DNA of 63,752 bases, filler included, from Asterionella formosa (GCA_002256025.1; 18 parts of 18 records of this genome joined end to end with filler, not necessarily neighbours in it); one strand, 5' to 3'. Positions 36,067 through 49,518 are shown, counted from the whole stretch's first letter. The notes: generated from the sequence alone by a model not told the origin. Numbers and translations are program-made.

Positions 36067-37547
36067 AAGTGGTTCAACATATTGATGAAAATCCTCTTCA
36101 CTTAAGTTAGGAAATGAGAAGTTTGAGTGTGGGTAGATGATATTTGTGGTGGGAGTAGCAATTCCACTAGGATTCCTTCCATATTCAGATCGATTCTTTT
36201 GTGAAAGTCCAGTGTAGATTTCCTTATTCCATCAAAATATATCATTGATTTTGCCTTGAAAAACCATTTCATTAGATGATCAAAGGAAACTGGTGGAAGG
36301 TAATTCTCGTTAATGAATAACACGAGTTCTAATTCGATTGGATGCGCGCATGTTTTGATAATGTTTACTTGGAAGTTGAAATTGAGGAGGAAGGGGCATT
36401 TCCATTGCATTTTCAGGGAGACAGCCGGTGCGATATTGGAAATCTGAATATTGCATGGTCTCTGAATTCAATCCTAGGAGAGTTTTTAGTCTCAATTGTT
36501 CGTCCTCTTGTGAATGAATATTGTTATAAACTGAATCGTCGCTGTCGTCATGAAATGGATGATTTTAGCCACTTGATTCAAGGATAGGACACATAATCAC
36601 TTCTTGTTGTCTACTCTTCCTAAATGCTGCAGCAGTTACACTGCCATAATTAACTTCTTTCCTTGAACGATTCGATGCATGACCACAATACATAGTTTCA
36701 TTATGTATTCCAGGAACTCCATGTTCTTGTATGAAATGTCAACAGTAACCATATGCATAAAAAACACGGTTGCTGCAATTTCGATTGTGAGACTCAGATG
36801 GGGATTTGTTCTTCCGAAATTTGTAGTTACACAGATAACACCATTGCACTGTCCGCAAAGATATTACAAATATCAAATAATTACCAAGTCAGGATATGAA
36901 CAGGAAAGAAATAATTTAAGCATCACTCCAAACAAGAGGTGCTGGACAATACAGAATCGTGAAATTATCACTCCACCATAGTAGTAAAAATGGAGGTATA
37001 CTGCTACATATAGTACAAGCGGCACTAATAGTAATAGTATATATATATCAATCATTTTTATAGCGCCGTAGTATAGAGCAGAATCAATGTTTTCCTAACA
37101 TCTATGATATGGTTTGCATTGTAGAAGTCTCACACTATCTATATTTAATAGTAATAGTATATATATATCAATCATTTTTATAGCGCCGTAGTATAGAGCA
37201 GAATCAATGTTTTCCTTACATCTATGATATGGTTTGCATTGTAGAAGTCTCACACTATCTATATTTAATATGTAACAACGAATGCATTGAATTCTATTAG
37301 ATCCATTCAAAATCAACATTGTCATCAATGTCCTGTTGATTAATGTGGTCATTGTAATCAATATTCTTCTCAGGAACATTTGGTTGAAGTGGTTCAACAT
37401 ATTGATGAAAATCCTCTTCACTTAAGTTAGGAAATGAGAAGTTCGAGTGTGGGTAGATGATATTTGTGGTGGGAGTAGCAATTCCACTAGGATTCCTTCC
37501 ATATTCAGATCGATTCTTTTGTGAAAGTCCAGTGTAGATTTCCTTAT
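36067..37547. repeat. 161-bp direct repeat (36067-36227 = 37387-37547)
   Basis: Near-identical copies 1320 bp apart; one mismatch seen. Confidence 0.9.
37026..37270. repeat. 120-bp tandem duplication
   Basis: Two units starting TAATAGTAATAGTATATA at 37026 and 37146; one mismatch seen. Confidence 0.92.
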
Positions 37548-38053
37548 ATTAAATAGGTAAATCAATATCATCAGTCCATTGATCAGTGCGACCATTGAAA
37601 CTGAACTTTGTTCCCTCACACTATTTTTGATAAGTAGTTTCCCACCAATGTCGACAAAATCAGTAGAATGAAGAATATCTTTCTCTGAAATTTCATGGGT
37701 GGTATCTTGATTGAAACCCAAATATTTTTGTTGCAATCGGAATTTTCATTTCAGCACCAAGAAGCAAAATGCTTCTGTACTGGCATTGATCAGCAAACCA
37801 ACAAAACTTGTTTGCAATTCACACTGTGCCCGAAGACTGAGTTGAAATTTGGTCGCACCAGATTTGTCTCCTGTTGAAATTGGTTCTCCACGGCTTGTCC
37901 TGCCTATAAAATACACTGGAGCAGCTCAAGAACATCACGCCAGACTTGGTATCNNNNNNNNNNNNNNNNNNNNNNNNNNNNNNNNNNNNNNNNNNNNTTA
38001 ATTAATTAANNNNNNNNNNNNNNNNNNNNNNNNNNNNNNNNNNNNNNNNNNNN

Positions 38054-38222
38054 CATTGGTTTCGATCCTTTGGGACTCAAACCAACTGATGAGGCGGAGT
38101 TCAATGTTATGATTACCAAGGAGCTGCAAAACGGTCGTCTTGCTATGCTTGCCGCTGCGGGATTTATCGCCCAAGAGCTCACGGATGGCAAGGGAATCAT
38201 TGAACACCTTCAATCCATGTAA
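38054..38222 (+). CDS. LHCX: 3' fragment of a light-harvesting protein, LHCX/LI818 type
   Basis: [52 protein letters not shown]. Not in the ORF track. Confidence 0.88.
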
Positions 38223-39283
38223 AACATGGCAATTTAACTGCAACATGCAAGCTTGTTGTATGATTTACCAGCTAATACTTTTAGGCCCATCTTTCATCTT
38301 TGATGTACCACAAGTTATAGTTTTATTAGACTTGTCTAGTGCATATTGAAGGGCTGCAAAATGCACTTGTTACGGAATGAAAGCTGCGCGTTGTCAGTTC
38401 ATAATTTGAGAGAGAACTCATGTGAGACATTTGCTGTTTGATTCATTTTGATGTGCAACTGTAGCGTCACTCATTTATTGACATAGCAAAGCCTAACGGT
38501 AGTATGCACTGACTGCAATGCTATAGAGAATGTAAAACTGACTATAATAACTGATGGTGTATCTTTAAGTACCAGGAACCTGTGGTAGTCCACCTGCTAG
38601 TCAGGCCCAATGATCGACACGGGTAGTTCCCTAAACTAAACAAATAGAAAAGTAATATTTGAGTGTTTCACGCCAAGAAGCTTATTCCTCTTTTCCTTTG
38701 TATCAATACCGGTACTAACGACATTGGTAAATGTACGGGGATCTTTATAAACTCCCCATAGTCGGAGCACTTCATCAACACCATTGGAGTCATCTTGACT
38801 ACTGTTGTTGCTGTACGCAATTGCTCGATATTGAACAATTGATGGTTCTACCAGGGCACCGGTACCAGGTACTCGACATTCTAATATTTTATGCATATAA
38901 TTCATGCCGGTAAATATGAGTGGGACGGAATACACTAGTATATATTTAGTATATTAAATAATAGTGTAAATGCATACCGGTATCCCAATGAAGTCAAGAC
39001 ATAAACTTTGGGTCCTATTGCAAATCTTGCCAGTAACGAGAATTCTTAAAGCAATTGGATAGTACATAACTAATAATGGTGTGATTGTCATTTCGAACCC
39101 ACTTACATTCATGATTCATGTAAAGTTGCTATTTCTTGATTGATTCTGTAGAAGAGATGCAGCTGTTTATTGATTCGTGATGTCTGTGCGCTCCAACGTT
39201 TGTAAATAAAAAAACCGTTAGGCCTAACAGTTTGCTGTAAGACCCACTGCCCCAAAAATTCTCAGTATGACATACCAAACTTT

Positions 39284-39357
39284 GACTGATCATACAAAAA
39301 ACTGATTGATCATACAGAAATATTGATTGATCATACAAAAATACTGATTGATTGATT
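39284..39357. repeat. Short ~21-bp tandem repeat (TGATTGATCATACAAAAATA-like)
   Basis: About 3.5 imperfect units; GATCA/GATCT motifs continue to ~39730. Confidence 0.7.
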
Positions 39358-40040
39358 AATTTTTGTTGCATTGATCTTACATATGCTTAGCATAGATCAC
39401 ATGCATATTATGTAATATGTAATCAATTGCATTTGTAACATTAATAATGAAGCACATTCAGTATACACTCATCATATATATATCAATGAGTTTCAAATCA
39501 ATAGATCATACGATATGCTTATGATCAATACAGCACTCTCACTCTTATTATCAACAAACATTTTGGTGTTTGATCTAAAGATAGTAATCGTGAGATCAAA
39601 TCAGTTATTCATTTGGTCTAACCTTTGGAATGCTAATATCAAATAGAATTTTTAGCTTTCGATCTAACTTTCATTACTACTGATCTAACTTATTTCTCTC
39701 ATTGATCAAACCTATTATCATGTTCGATCAATGATGAACACAAATCGAATTAAATGGATTGCTATTTAATACTCAAATATTCTACTTCTGGTCACCCATA
39801 CTTTCCACTGTGTATCCTCTATCAGAACAAGCACACAGTGGTCTTCAGTTCCTTAATTTTCACTTCCGGTAGCTATTTTTAGATCATTGCCTTTTCAAAA
39901 TGAAATGAGAGAGTAAACTAAATTGATGATGTTTTATTCGNNNNNNNNNNNNNNNNNNNNNNNNNNNNNNNNNNNNNNNNNNNNTTAATTAATTAANNNN
40001 NNNNNNNNNNNNNNNNNNNNNNNNNNNNNNNNNNNNNNNN

Positions 40041-41275
40041 ATTGCTATTCCTACATCATTATTGGATCCTATTATTAATTGGTATCATCAGATGTTAGCT
40101 CATGTGGGTATGACAAGATTAAATGCTACAATTGCTACACATTTTTATCACCCTACATTAAAAGCAAGAGTGGAACATATTGTAAGAGTATGTGAAGCAT
40201 GCCAACGTACAAAATTACCTGGTACTGGTTTTGGTGAACTTCCACCCAGGAATGCATTATTATTACCATGGTCAGAAGTTGCAGTAGATCTAATTGGTCC
40301 ATGGAAGATAACAGTGGCTGCTCAAACGATTGAATTTCGTGCTCTAACTTGTATTGACACAGTCACCAATTTAGCAGAAATTTCACGTATCACCAATAAA
40401 ACATCAGAATATATTGCAATGAAATTTGAAAATGACTGGTTAACCAGATATCCCCGTCCAGAACGCTGTATACATGACAATGGAGGTGAATTTACAGGTG
40501 CTCCTTTCTTACACATGTTAATATTGAACGGAATCAAAGATGTGACTACTACAGTAAAGAATCCACAAGCAAATGCTATCTGTGAACGTTTACATCAATC
40601 TATCAGCAATAGTCTACGAGTTATGTTAAAGGCTCATCCTCCAATCAATGAATTTCAAGCCCAAAATATTGTGGATACATGTTTTGCAGCTGCGTCATAT
40701 GCAGCTCGAGCTACTATTCATAGTATATTACGTATTTCACCAGGAGCATGGGTTTTTCAACGTGATATGATATTAAATATTCCTTTGATTACAGATTTAC
40801 AATTAATACATCAACGTCGACAAGTGATAATTGACGAACGTTTACGTCATGCTAATTTCCGTCGTCGATCTTATGATTACAAAGTGGGTGACGAGATTTT
40901 AATATTATTGGATAATCCTACTACTTTGGATGATCGTGGACGAGGTCCTTATACTATTATTCAAGTACATGCCAATGGGACAGTTACTTTCCAACGCACT
41001 ATGCACATTACCGAACGAATTAATATTCGTCGTATCAAACCTTTTCATAGGTAAAAGGTTTTCCCTCAAGTGTGGGAGAGTGAGCAATCCTGCACATCGA
41101 TACAGATGTATTTAGGGTTAGGGTTATATCAAATATATCGGAATTGTATAATGAGAGAACTCGACTAACACCCATTCTATACTTTGATGTCAGTTCAGGA
41201 AATGAGTTGTACATAAGGATTAATTAATAAACTCATATATTCAACAAATACTACTACTTCTAGTTAGATACTTCA
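40041..41275 (+). mobile_element. Ty3/gypsy 3' end: integrase ORF (to 41054), PPT (~41074-41080), 195-bp 3' LTR (41081-41275)
   Basis: HHCC finger, VAVDLIG / IHDNGGEF / NAICERLH DDE triad, GPY motif. GGGAGAG precedes TGAG...TTCA; LTR limits supported by the second copy at 44814-44997. Confidence 0.92.
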
Positions 41276-44200
41276 CCTGGTACCAGGTACCATTGTGAAT
41301 CGGTAGTTGATACTGGTATGCACACAGGGATGCAAGATGTATGTACTACGTTGTACTCATTTGCATGATGCAAACTGATATTTGCCACAACAGTGCACTT
41401 CTGTACATTCATACCGGTAGAGAAATGCATTTAAACTAGGAGATTTCTGGAATAAGGAGTCTTGAAACTCAAAATTGCGATTTGGGGGAAATCCCCCCAA
41501 TCCAAAACTCCCTAATCGTAGTAGCAAGGTTCGGAAAGTGGTTTTTCCAGAAAATTCTTCTTTAAAATTAGATTTTGACAATAATGAAATTTATTGGCCA
41601 GCGCGAAACCATTAGAATTTTCTAAATTTCTAAGTAGTATTACTGGGGAGTCGAATATGAGTGCTTGCCGGCACCGAGTTCCATTTCGGCAAAATGACCG
41701 CAACTTGCAGGTATCAGGTGCGGTACCAGGAACTGTTGCATTCTACAGTTGCCAGGACATTGGTATCAGGGTGGCACCTGATACCAGGTAGTACCAGGGT
41801 ACGTACTCATATCATATTACCGGTACCCTAAGAGGTACTGTCCTGCGTTTCGTACGTAGCATTGCTTTTATGTGCTTGTTGTTCGTTGTTATCATCGGCA
41901 GAACGAAAACGGTCGGCCGACGGGGTTNNNNNNNNNNNNNNNNNNNNNNNNNNNNNNNNNNNNNNNNNNNNTTAATTAATTAANNNNNNNNNNNNNNNNN
42001 NNNNNNNNNNNNNNNNNNNNNNNNNNNTCTTTGTTGCACCATAACATATATTGCTTCCTCTAACCCCAGCCTCAATTATTATTCGGCAATCATCAAAGTC
42101 AATTGCCAAGATAAAGTACGTTCTATTGATTTTTAAGCTATTTTGTTTCAATCCTCTTATTGAAAATAAATAACAATTCCAAGGTGACTCCCATTCCCTT
42201 TGTCAAAAAGCGCGCCGCCATGACACTTGATTTTTGCAGTCACCATTACATTATTAGAACAACAAGACTTGCAATGGATCCTTTCCAATCATGCGCACTC
42301 AAAGCAATCGATACGCCAGGTTGATTGCCATCTCCATTTTTTGCTTCCTACTATAGTGAAAGGTTAAGTTGAAACTGACACAATCAGCCACTGAATACAA
42401 CAGGACTACAGCTTTATTTTTTACCAATAAAAGGACTCTTGCTTGGGCGAGTATATGTGAGACAAAAATTTCTGATCAATTTTGCAATCTAGCAAGAATG
42501 ATTTAAGCTATTGAAATCTTCGAAAAATAAGATTAGCTCATGGCATGTTGATTCTGATGTGAATGACAACTCACGATGATTGGGGCCGAAAACAACAAAC
42601 TGCTCTGCTATCTCGTCCATCTACTAGACTCTGATCAAAACTTCATGAAGAACATTTGAAATTTGAACCAATTTTCTCATTTGGAGAATTATGATCAAAT
42701 GAATTTTCTTCTTGATTTTCTTGAAAGGTTTGGGGGTGTGGCCTTGTTCAATTGATGATCTCATCCTGTTGTACAAATCGGCCAAAACTTTTTGCCTTGG
42801 TGAACAAAAAGTCAATCCCACTTTGCCAGCATCATTCCCCCTCTAACACAGAATCCATTTCATTTGTAGCAAGACTGAGATCTTCACGGCTTCTCTGACA
42901 AGATGGCTTGTGGGGATTTTGATGAGAACACATGGCTTAACAGTGAAGCAATATGATTACAATAGCTAAAGGATTTGCTGTATCAGATTCATATCAGTAT
43001 GTCTGCTGATTCTTTTTCTAGCACACATTTCCGTATAGCTAGTAAGTATCATTACTACATTAAAATTTATTATAAAATTTATAGAGAGAATGGCTTGTGG
43101 TTAGCACATCTCCGGAGGTGGCTGGTTCAATTCTCACATTTTCTACATGCTTTTTATGTAGAACCTAGGATTCTGGATGATGAGGCGCGCAGCAAGTCAA
43201 ATTCCCTTTTTGGGGCAAATTGCGACTTTGCAACTCCCTCCTCAAGTGTCTAGTTCGTTAACAAAAGAATACTATAAAATTTAATAAATTTTAATATTTA
43301 CAACCTTTCTAATAAATGCATATATATTTCTGTCATAAGCGTATAACCTGTAGTAACGATACATTGGAATGTAAAATGTTACAAACTGTTAGAATTAGGA
43401 AATGATACTGACTGTTGTGAGTATCATTAATGATTTCAATTTTTCTCTCTGACAAGTGAGACATAACAAAACAATTGTCTGTTTATACAATATATTTTCA
43501 CTAAAGAAACAATGTGTTCCTCTTTTATCCAGGAACTAAATTCAAATAGGAAATGAGTTTTTTAACGCCGAAGAGATGTTGAAAGGAGATTTTGGAATGC
43601 CATAAGAATCAGTGGTCGCTCAAAATGCTGATTCAGCCAAATACTGTGTTTTCACGATGAAAAGAACAAGTCATGTGTATGATAAACAAGATGAATTGAA
43701 GAATCGAATGCAAATATTTAAAATATTGACTCGTTCAGGTTGTTTATTCTCATTGATTTCCTGTAAATGAAGACTGTGAGTGATTTTGTCTGCCATATAC
43801 AAGTCTGAAGTGGTGCAATAATCAGTAACTTTTGCGTCTTGGCTACTATGGCACAAGTGGAATTAAATTTGACTTGCTATTTAGCAAGATCGCTTAATTT
43901 TTCTACCTTAATCNNNNNNNNNNNNNNNNNNNNNNNNNNNNNNNNNNNNNNNNNNNNTTAATTAATTAANNNNNNNNNNNNNNNNNNNNNNNNNNNNNNN
44001 NNNNNNNNNNNNNTCATGCCTCTGGCAGCATTGATCCATTCTTTCCATCACTGCTGTAAAAGAAAAGGTTCTTTGTCTGCTTTCGTGACAACAGCAAGCA
44101 GCAATTCTTATTCAGGTATCGAATGGTGCTGAATCGTCAAATACAGTGAGGCACTCGGTGTCTTCCTTTAGCTCAACAAGAAGTGATTTTCTTGTCCAAC

Positions 44201-44813
44201 ACAAGAATGATGAAAGCCAATGATGGCGGAGGAAAATTGAAGCATGATGCATCCATGCCTCCCTTATCATCACATGAACGCTGGCCGAAATGTCTCGGCT
44301 ACTACATTTATGAACGTAGGAGAATTGCATCCCTTCGTCCGTCATCATGTGTCCACATGGTCATGCTCCTCCAGATGCGCATGCCTGATGATACCGGGAC
44401 CTGGTCCTGTACTGTACAGTACCAGCAAGCTCCGGTATTTTTGCTGAAATGGACAACGCGACGCAGGACAGGCGATTAAAAAGACTGAATAGAGAACGTC
44501 ATCAATCAACAAGATAATGACTTGTTAGTGACGTAAATAATTATTTCGTATAAACGCAGAAACGTCAAAACGAGGCAAATTGCTGGAAAAAGAAGATGAC
44601 AATGACCGGGGCAATAGAGGCCGCCCAAGGCAAGTAAGCAAAAGTGCCGGAAGCAAAGTAAATAAAAGTGAGCAATAATTGCTTACTTTGCTTGCCTTAT
44701 TCTCTCCAAACTCAAAATCGCCCTCCTTTTCCTGCCGAAGTGCTGAAAACAACCAATAATGAACGGTTCTATATCAAGTAGGATTTGAATATTCACATGC
44801 TACCGGTACCTGC

Positions 44814-45068
44814 TGAAGTATCTACTATTTGTTGAATATATGAGCTTGTTAGTTAATCTTTGTGTGCAACTCGATCTCCTAGGTTGAAACTACAGTATTC
44901 AAATAGGTGTTAGTCGAGTTCTCTGCTGATAGAGTTCTGATATAATCTATGTAAACCAAACCTAATAGGTGTGTCTGTAGTTGAGCAAGATTGCTCACTC
45001 TCCCACACCAAGGGAAAACCTTTCACCTAGCTATGAAAAGGTTTGATATGACGAATATTAATTCGTTC
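44814..45068 (-). mobile_element. Truncated related gypsy copy: integrase tail, PPT and 184-bp LTR (44814-44997)
   Basis: Reverse complement reads ERINIRHIKPFH, GTGTGGGAGAG-TGAGCAATC...GATACTTCA, homologous to 41014-41275. Confidence 0.88.
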
Positions 45069-45085
45069 AGCAGTAGGTACAGTTC

Positions 45086-45898
45086 TGATAAAATATATGG
45101 AATCCAACGAATCGAGAATCAATATTCTTAGTAGTGATTAGAAACCAAGACCCAAAACATTTCGACATTTATTGACAAATGACTGGAGATGTTTACTTAT
45201 TGATAAATGACTGGACTGGAGATGTTTACTCATTGACAAATGACTGGAGATGTTACTTATTGACAAGTGAATCAGATGCTCACTTATTGTCAAAAGAATA
45301 AGTGCTGCTCACTTATTATCAAATGAAAATATTACTTATTGTCAAAGTAAGCAAGATCATTTTGACGAGATCAAGGAAAGTGTGAGAAGTCTTGTTCGGG
45401 ATTACATGAGTAATCAGGCAAGAACAAGACCTAGATAGACTATTAACAGAAAGCTCACAATATTACAAAGTGTAAAGTGAAAATACGTTTTCAGCTTTAG
45501 AGATCTTAAAAGTAAGATCTGTGATATTTCAACTAGACAATTTAACACGTTTTAAAACGAACCTACAGGTCTAGAGACATGGTTACGGCCGATGAGAAAT
45601 CAGGTGAGACTGTTCGCTTGATCAAGTTTGATGGAAGCGAAACTGCTTGGCATGAGTGGAGTATCAAGACTCTTCAGCTTGCGAAATCTAAAGGTTTTAG
45701 GCATGTTTATGCCAAAGACACGAAGCCAATCGACGATGATGCCTATTTGGTGTCTACTGATGATGACGAGAAGAAGAAGTATGAGTTGAATGACAAGGCA
45801 TATCAGCTATTGATTCTTAGTGTCAGTGGGATTGCATTTGGGATTGTGAATTCTGCCAAGACAGATGATTTGATGGATGGAGATGCTTTTCTTGCCTG
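45086..45898 (+). mobile_element. Ty1/copia 5' end: putative LTR (~45086-45547) and gag start (45579 onward)
   Basis: IKFDGSETAWHEWSIK...KSKGF...DGDAFLA is copia gag-like. TGATAAA...TTTAACA candidate LTR ends; ~28-bp tandem repeats at 45169-45346. Confidence 0.75.
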
Positions 45899-46019
45899 NN
45901 NNNNNNNNNNNNNNNNNNNNNNNNNNNNNNNNNNNNNNNNNNTTAATTAATTAANNNNNNNNNNNNNNNNNNNNNNNNNNNNNNNNNNNNNNNNNNNNTA
46001 AATATAATATTGTTTTGTT

Positions 46020-47883
46020 TCATTTGTTATACATCTTGTTTGATGAACCAAGACGAGGAGAGTTCGCTGTGACGTTTGGGTGTCCATTGCAAAGAGAGGG
46101 TTTGCACTGGAGGAGGTATCGGAAGTGGCAAGACTTGGTTTCGTCGCCAGTGGCACCACAGGCGTCCGGAGCGGCCACGCGCGAGCCGTCGATTTGTCCG
46201 AGAACATTTCCGTTGCTTCCGTCGTGAGCAAACAAATCAATCACTGTCACACCATCCTCGCACTGAGCGGTGTAGGTATTCACATGCCCACATTTCACAT
46301 TGGTTTCCTTCATGCAAACGAGTTCGTCGGCCGTGTCGACAAAGTCGGTTGCTAACCAAGTGAGTCCATCGGAATTCTCGCATCCCGTCAAACTCTGCGA
46401 GACAGAGAAAGTGACAGACTCGCCATCCTGGGAAAGAATTGCAATCGGGTTTTCTGGGGGTTTCAAGGAGCATTTATCAACTGATACAGAAGTAATGTCG
46501 ATTTGCTTGGAAAGCTCCTCGCAATCTCGTGTTGCGGCTGTCGCGGTCTCCGCAATGGGACTCTCGGGAAGGCCATCCGCCTCATCGTCTTGAGGATTTT
46601 CGTCCGCCTCCAATAGCCGACGGGAACATGAAATGGGACCTTTGTAGCCACAACCGTGAATCTGAAGCTGGCCTACATTTGCGCCAGAGTCGGTGAGCTC
46701 CTTTGCAACAATAGAACCATCCACAAACCCGGCATCACCCAAAACTGTAACCTTCGAAAAGGGAGCTAACACGGAGCATCCAAACTGGCGTCCATCTGAA
46801 GTCTTTGTAATCGTAACGTCTGCGTTGGTGTTGAAGATAATAAGCGTTTTTCCGTCATCGTAAGCTTGGCCTTGAGGGCGGAAATCATAAAGGTTGTATG
46901 TTCCACCAGTCGTGACCACATGCACCTTGTAAACTCCAGAAGTAGAACTTCTTGCGTTCCGAGCAAGCCATTCATAGTGACCCCATGGCACATTCACCTG
47001 GGAGTCTGCAATGCCGGAAATGCGAGAATATCCGCCATGGTCGAAGTTGTTGAATTTTTGACATGTATCTCCGTAGAACGAACCAATGTACGACTTGCCA
47101 CTTGTATGTGCTGCAATATTTCCATACTCACTAGAGGATGATTTCGTGAACATTCCACCAACGATTATGGGACCATAAACATCATGTGCACCAATCTGGC
47201 AGTTGCCATGAGTGATAACAGCATAGTTTGGAGTAATTGGGGGCAAATCACATGTATACGATGGGGTTGGGGATGGAACAGGTGCAGCAGTATAGGAAAG
47301 GATTGGTCGTGGAGTTGGTTTTGATGTTGCACTATTGGTAGGGAGAGGCGTTGGAGATGGAACAGGTGCAGGAGTATAGGAAAATATTGGTCGTGGAGTT
47401 GGTTTTGATGTTGCACTATTGGTAGGAAGAGGCGTTGGAGATGGAACTGGTGCAGGAATAGGTACTCCACAGATCCTGTGGACAGTGATCTTGATGTTGT
47501 CAAAGCCAGCAGACTCATCAGAACTTGGACTGTTCACTTTTGTCTCAAACTTCAGGTCAAGCTTTCCGTCAGAAACGAATCTGCTAGGCAAGGTAACTGT
47601 AGCATGATGTTTTTGGTCGGACCACCAACTCTCACCAGAACCGCTGGCAAAGCAGCGCTGCGCCGGTGGTCCTTGACTTGCAATCACCAGATGAGCGTCT
47701 CCTACATCTGCTGTCCTGACTCCTTCGTCTTTTGTGGCATCGAAAACACCATTCCCTCCAAGAGGAATTCTGACAGTGTCAATAATGACACTGACATGGT
47801 CTTGGTCGGCGGAATCCCATGAATCAATCTCATAAAAGTCAAATTCAACAGTCACCGTTGATACATCGGTTGGAATACCACTA
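46020..47883 (-). CDS. 3' part of a large probably extracellular protein: Pro/Thr linker, choice-of-anchor-A-like domain, RRL site, Cys-rich C-terminal domain
   Basis: 611+ aa open frame running off the contig; 28-aa PT repeat x2 (84-bp period, ~47266-47457); NYAVIT.G...SVLAPFSKV...VDGSIVAK...QIH. Confidence 0.75.
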
Positions 47884-47983
47884 NNNNNNNNNNNNNNNNN
47901 NNNNNNNNNNNNNNNNNNNNNNNNNNNTTAATTAATTAANNNNNNNNNNNNNNNNNNNNNNNNNNNNNNNNNNNNNNNNNNNN

Positions 47984-49518
47984 TAGACTGCCACAAGACT
48001 CTTGTTTGGCACAAGAGGTTCCTTGAAAGTTGAAGTGGAACCAATCTTGTTCGTGAAGGTCGCATAAAACACAAACACACCAGCACCCAAGAGGAAAAGG
48101 GAGAAAAAGAAGAGACCGACACTGGTCCAAAGATTCGAACTGCTCCCGAAGGCAGGACTGAGAGAATTGGTTGTATAAGTGGAAGCCGCTATATTGAGGC
48201 TTGCCATGCTTGGAACCCACGTGAGGGACTTCTGTGCATAAGCCATATGCACATCTTCCAAGGAAGCAGTCAAAAAATCCGTCTTGGTTTTAAACTTCAT
48301 GCACTATAGTTAGGGACAAAATGGCATTAGACAATGGAATCATCGAACATACAAAAACATGCCTATCATGAAACAGTCGACATACCTGATTGCAATTGGT
48401 GTAACCAGCTTGGTCATAGCATTGGAAGATCTCATTATTGTTGTTGTCTTCTTTCAGCTCTCGCCTGCCAGAAGGGGCACCGTCCATGTATGCCAAACTA
48501 TGAGCCACACATGGCTGACAAATCTTGTATGCCCCAAAATGTGTGTTCCACTCATCAATCGTCGATTGGTAGTAGCCCAACCCATCCAGAATTGATTCTG
48601 TATCCAAATCTCCCGTATAATCTTTGGAACAATAATAGTCTGTGTACAGTCCAACGGTCACATTACCGTCTGCGGCCGGTTTCAAATCATAATACAACAA
48701 GGTGGTGTTGTCGTAGGTTCCACTGCTTGCGCATTTCTCAGGCCACTTTTCTTTAGCTGACTGCATAAATGAATAGGTATCCTCGTCATTCCAAACACAC
48801 ACACCCTCATGCTTGAATAATTGTCCATACCATTCACGTTGGGCGTTTTGAGCGGCCTTGTAATATCCCAAAAGTTTGAAATTCTCAGAGGGCAAGTGAC
48901 AATCCATTTTTGCACACCTGTATGTACTGCTGGTATAGTCGCAAGACATGTCGGACCAGGTGTCAGTGAATCGATTGTAGTATTGATATTCTCCAATGCC
49001 ACCTCCTGTATAGCCCAAGTCAGCATACTGTGTGTGTTTATAAGTAGTATAATGCGATTGCAACAAACACAAGTGATGGTGAGCCAACGAGCAGTCAGCT
49101 GACAAGAATCAATGAGAACAAAACGTACCGCAGCCCACAAGAGATAGCGACCGCAACCTTGATTTTGATTGTCGTTACCACCACCCAAGTCACGTTCGTC
49201 TTGATACTCTTCGCCCAAATCACGTTCATGATTGTTGTTGTTATTATTGTTACTACTGTATAGATTCGAACAATCAATGTAGAAACCGATATACCTCCAT
49301 GCTGTCGCATAAATGTTATGATAAACATTCATCCCATCACCATCAAACATGGTTTGATACCCACCTTCAGTGTCACCAGCAGCCAAGTGACGCATGATTG
49401 ATTGTTCATCTTGAGCCATATGAATAGGATAATTGTTGTCCCTACGAATCCCAGTGTTGGATTTAGCAGCAATTCCAACAATCCCAGCAAGCAAAAAGAC
49501 GCGATGGAAAAGGGACAT
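47984..49518 (-). CDS. Type I membrane protein with Cys-rich lumenal domain, 3 exons (49518-49129, 49027-48386, 48303-47984)
   Basis: GT-AG introns 49028-49128 and 48304-48385 join the ORFs in frame. Signal peptide, RxL motifs, Asn runs, C-terminal TM (VGLFFFSLFLLGAGVFVFY), short tail; stop at the contig edge. Confidence 0.8.

Noticed and set aside
32093..41275. One full-length gypsy element from the RT contig to the integrase contig
   Set aside because: Pieces are on different contigs separated by linkers and differ in decay state; linkage cannot be inferred.
45169..45346. CRISPR-like ~28-bp repeats
   Set aside because: Contiguous degenerate repeats inside a putative copia LTR, without spacers.
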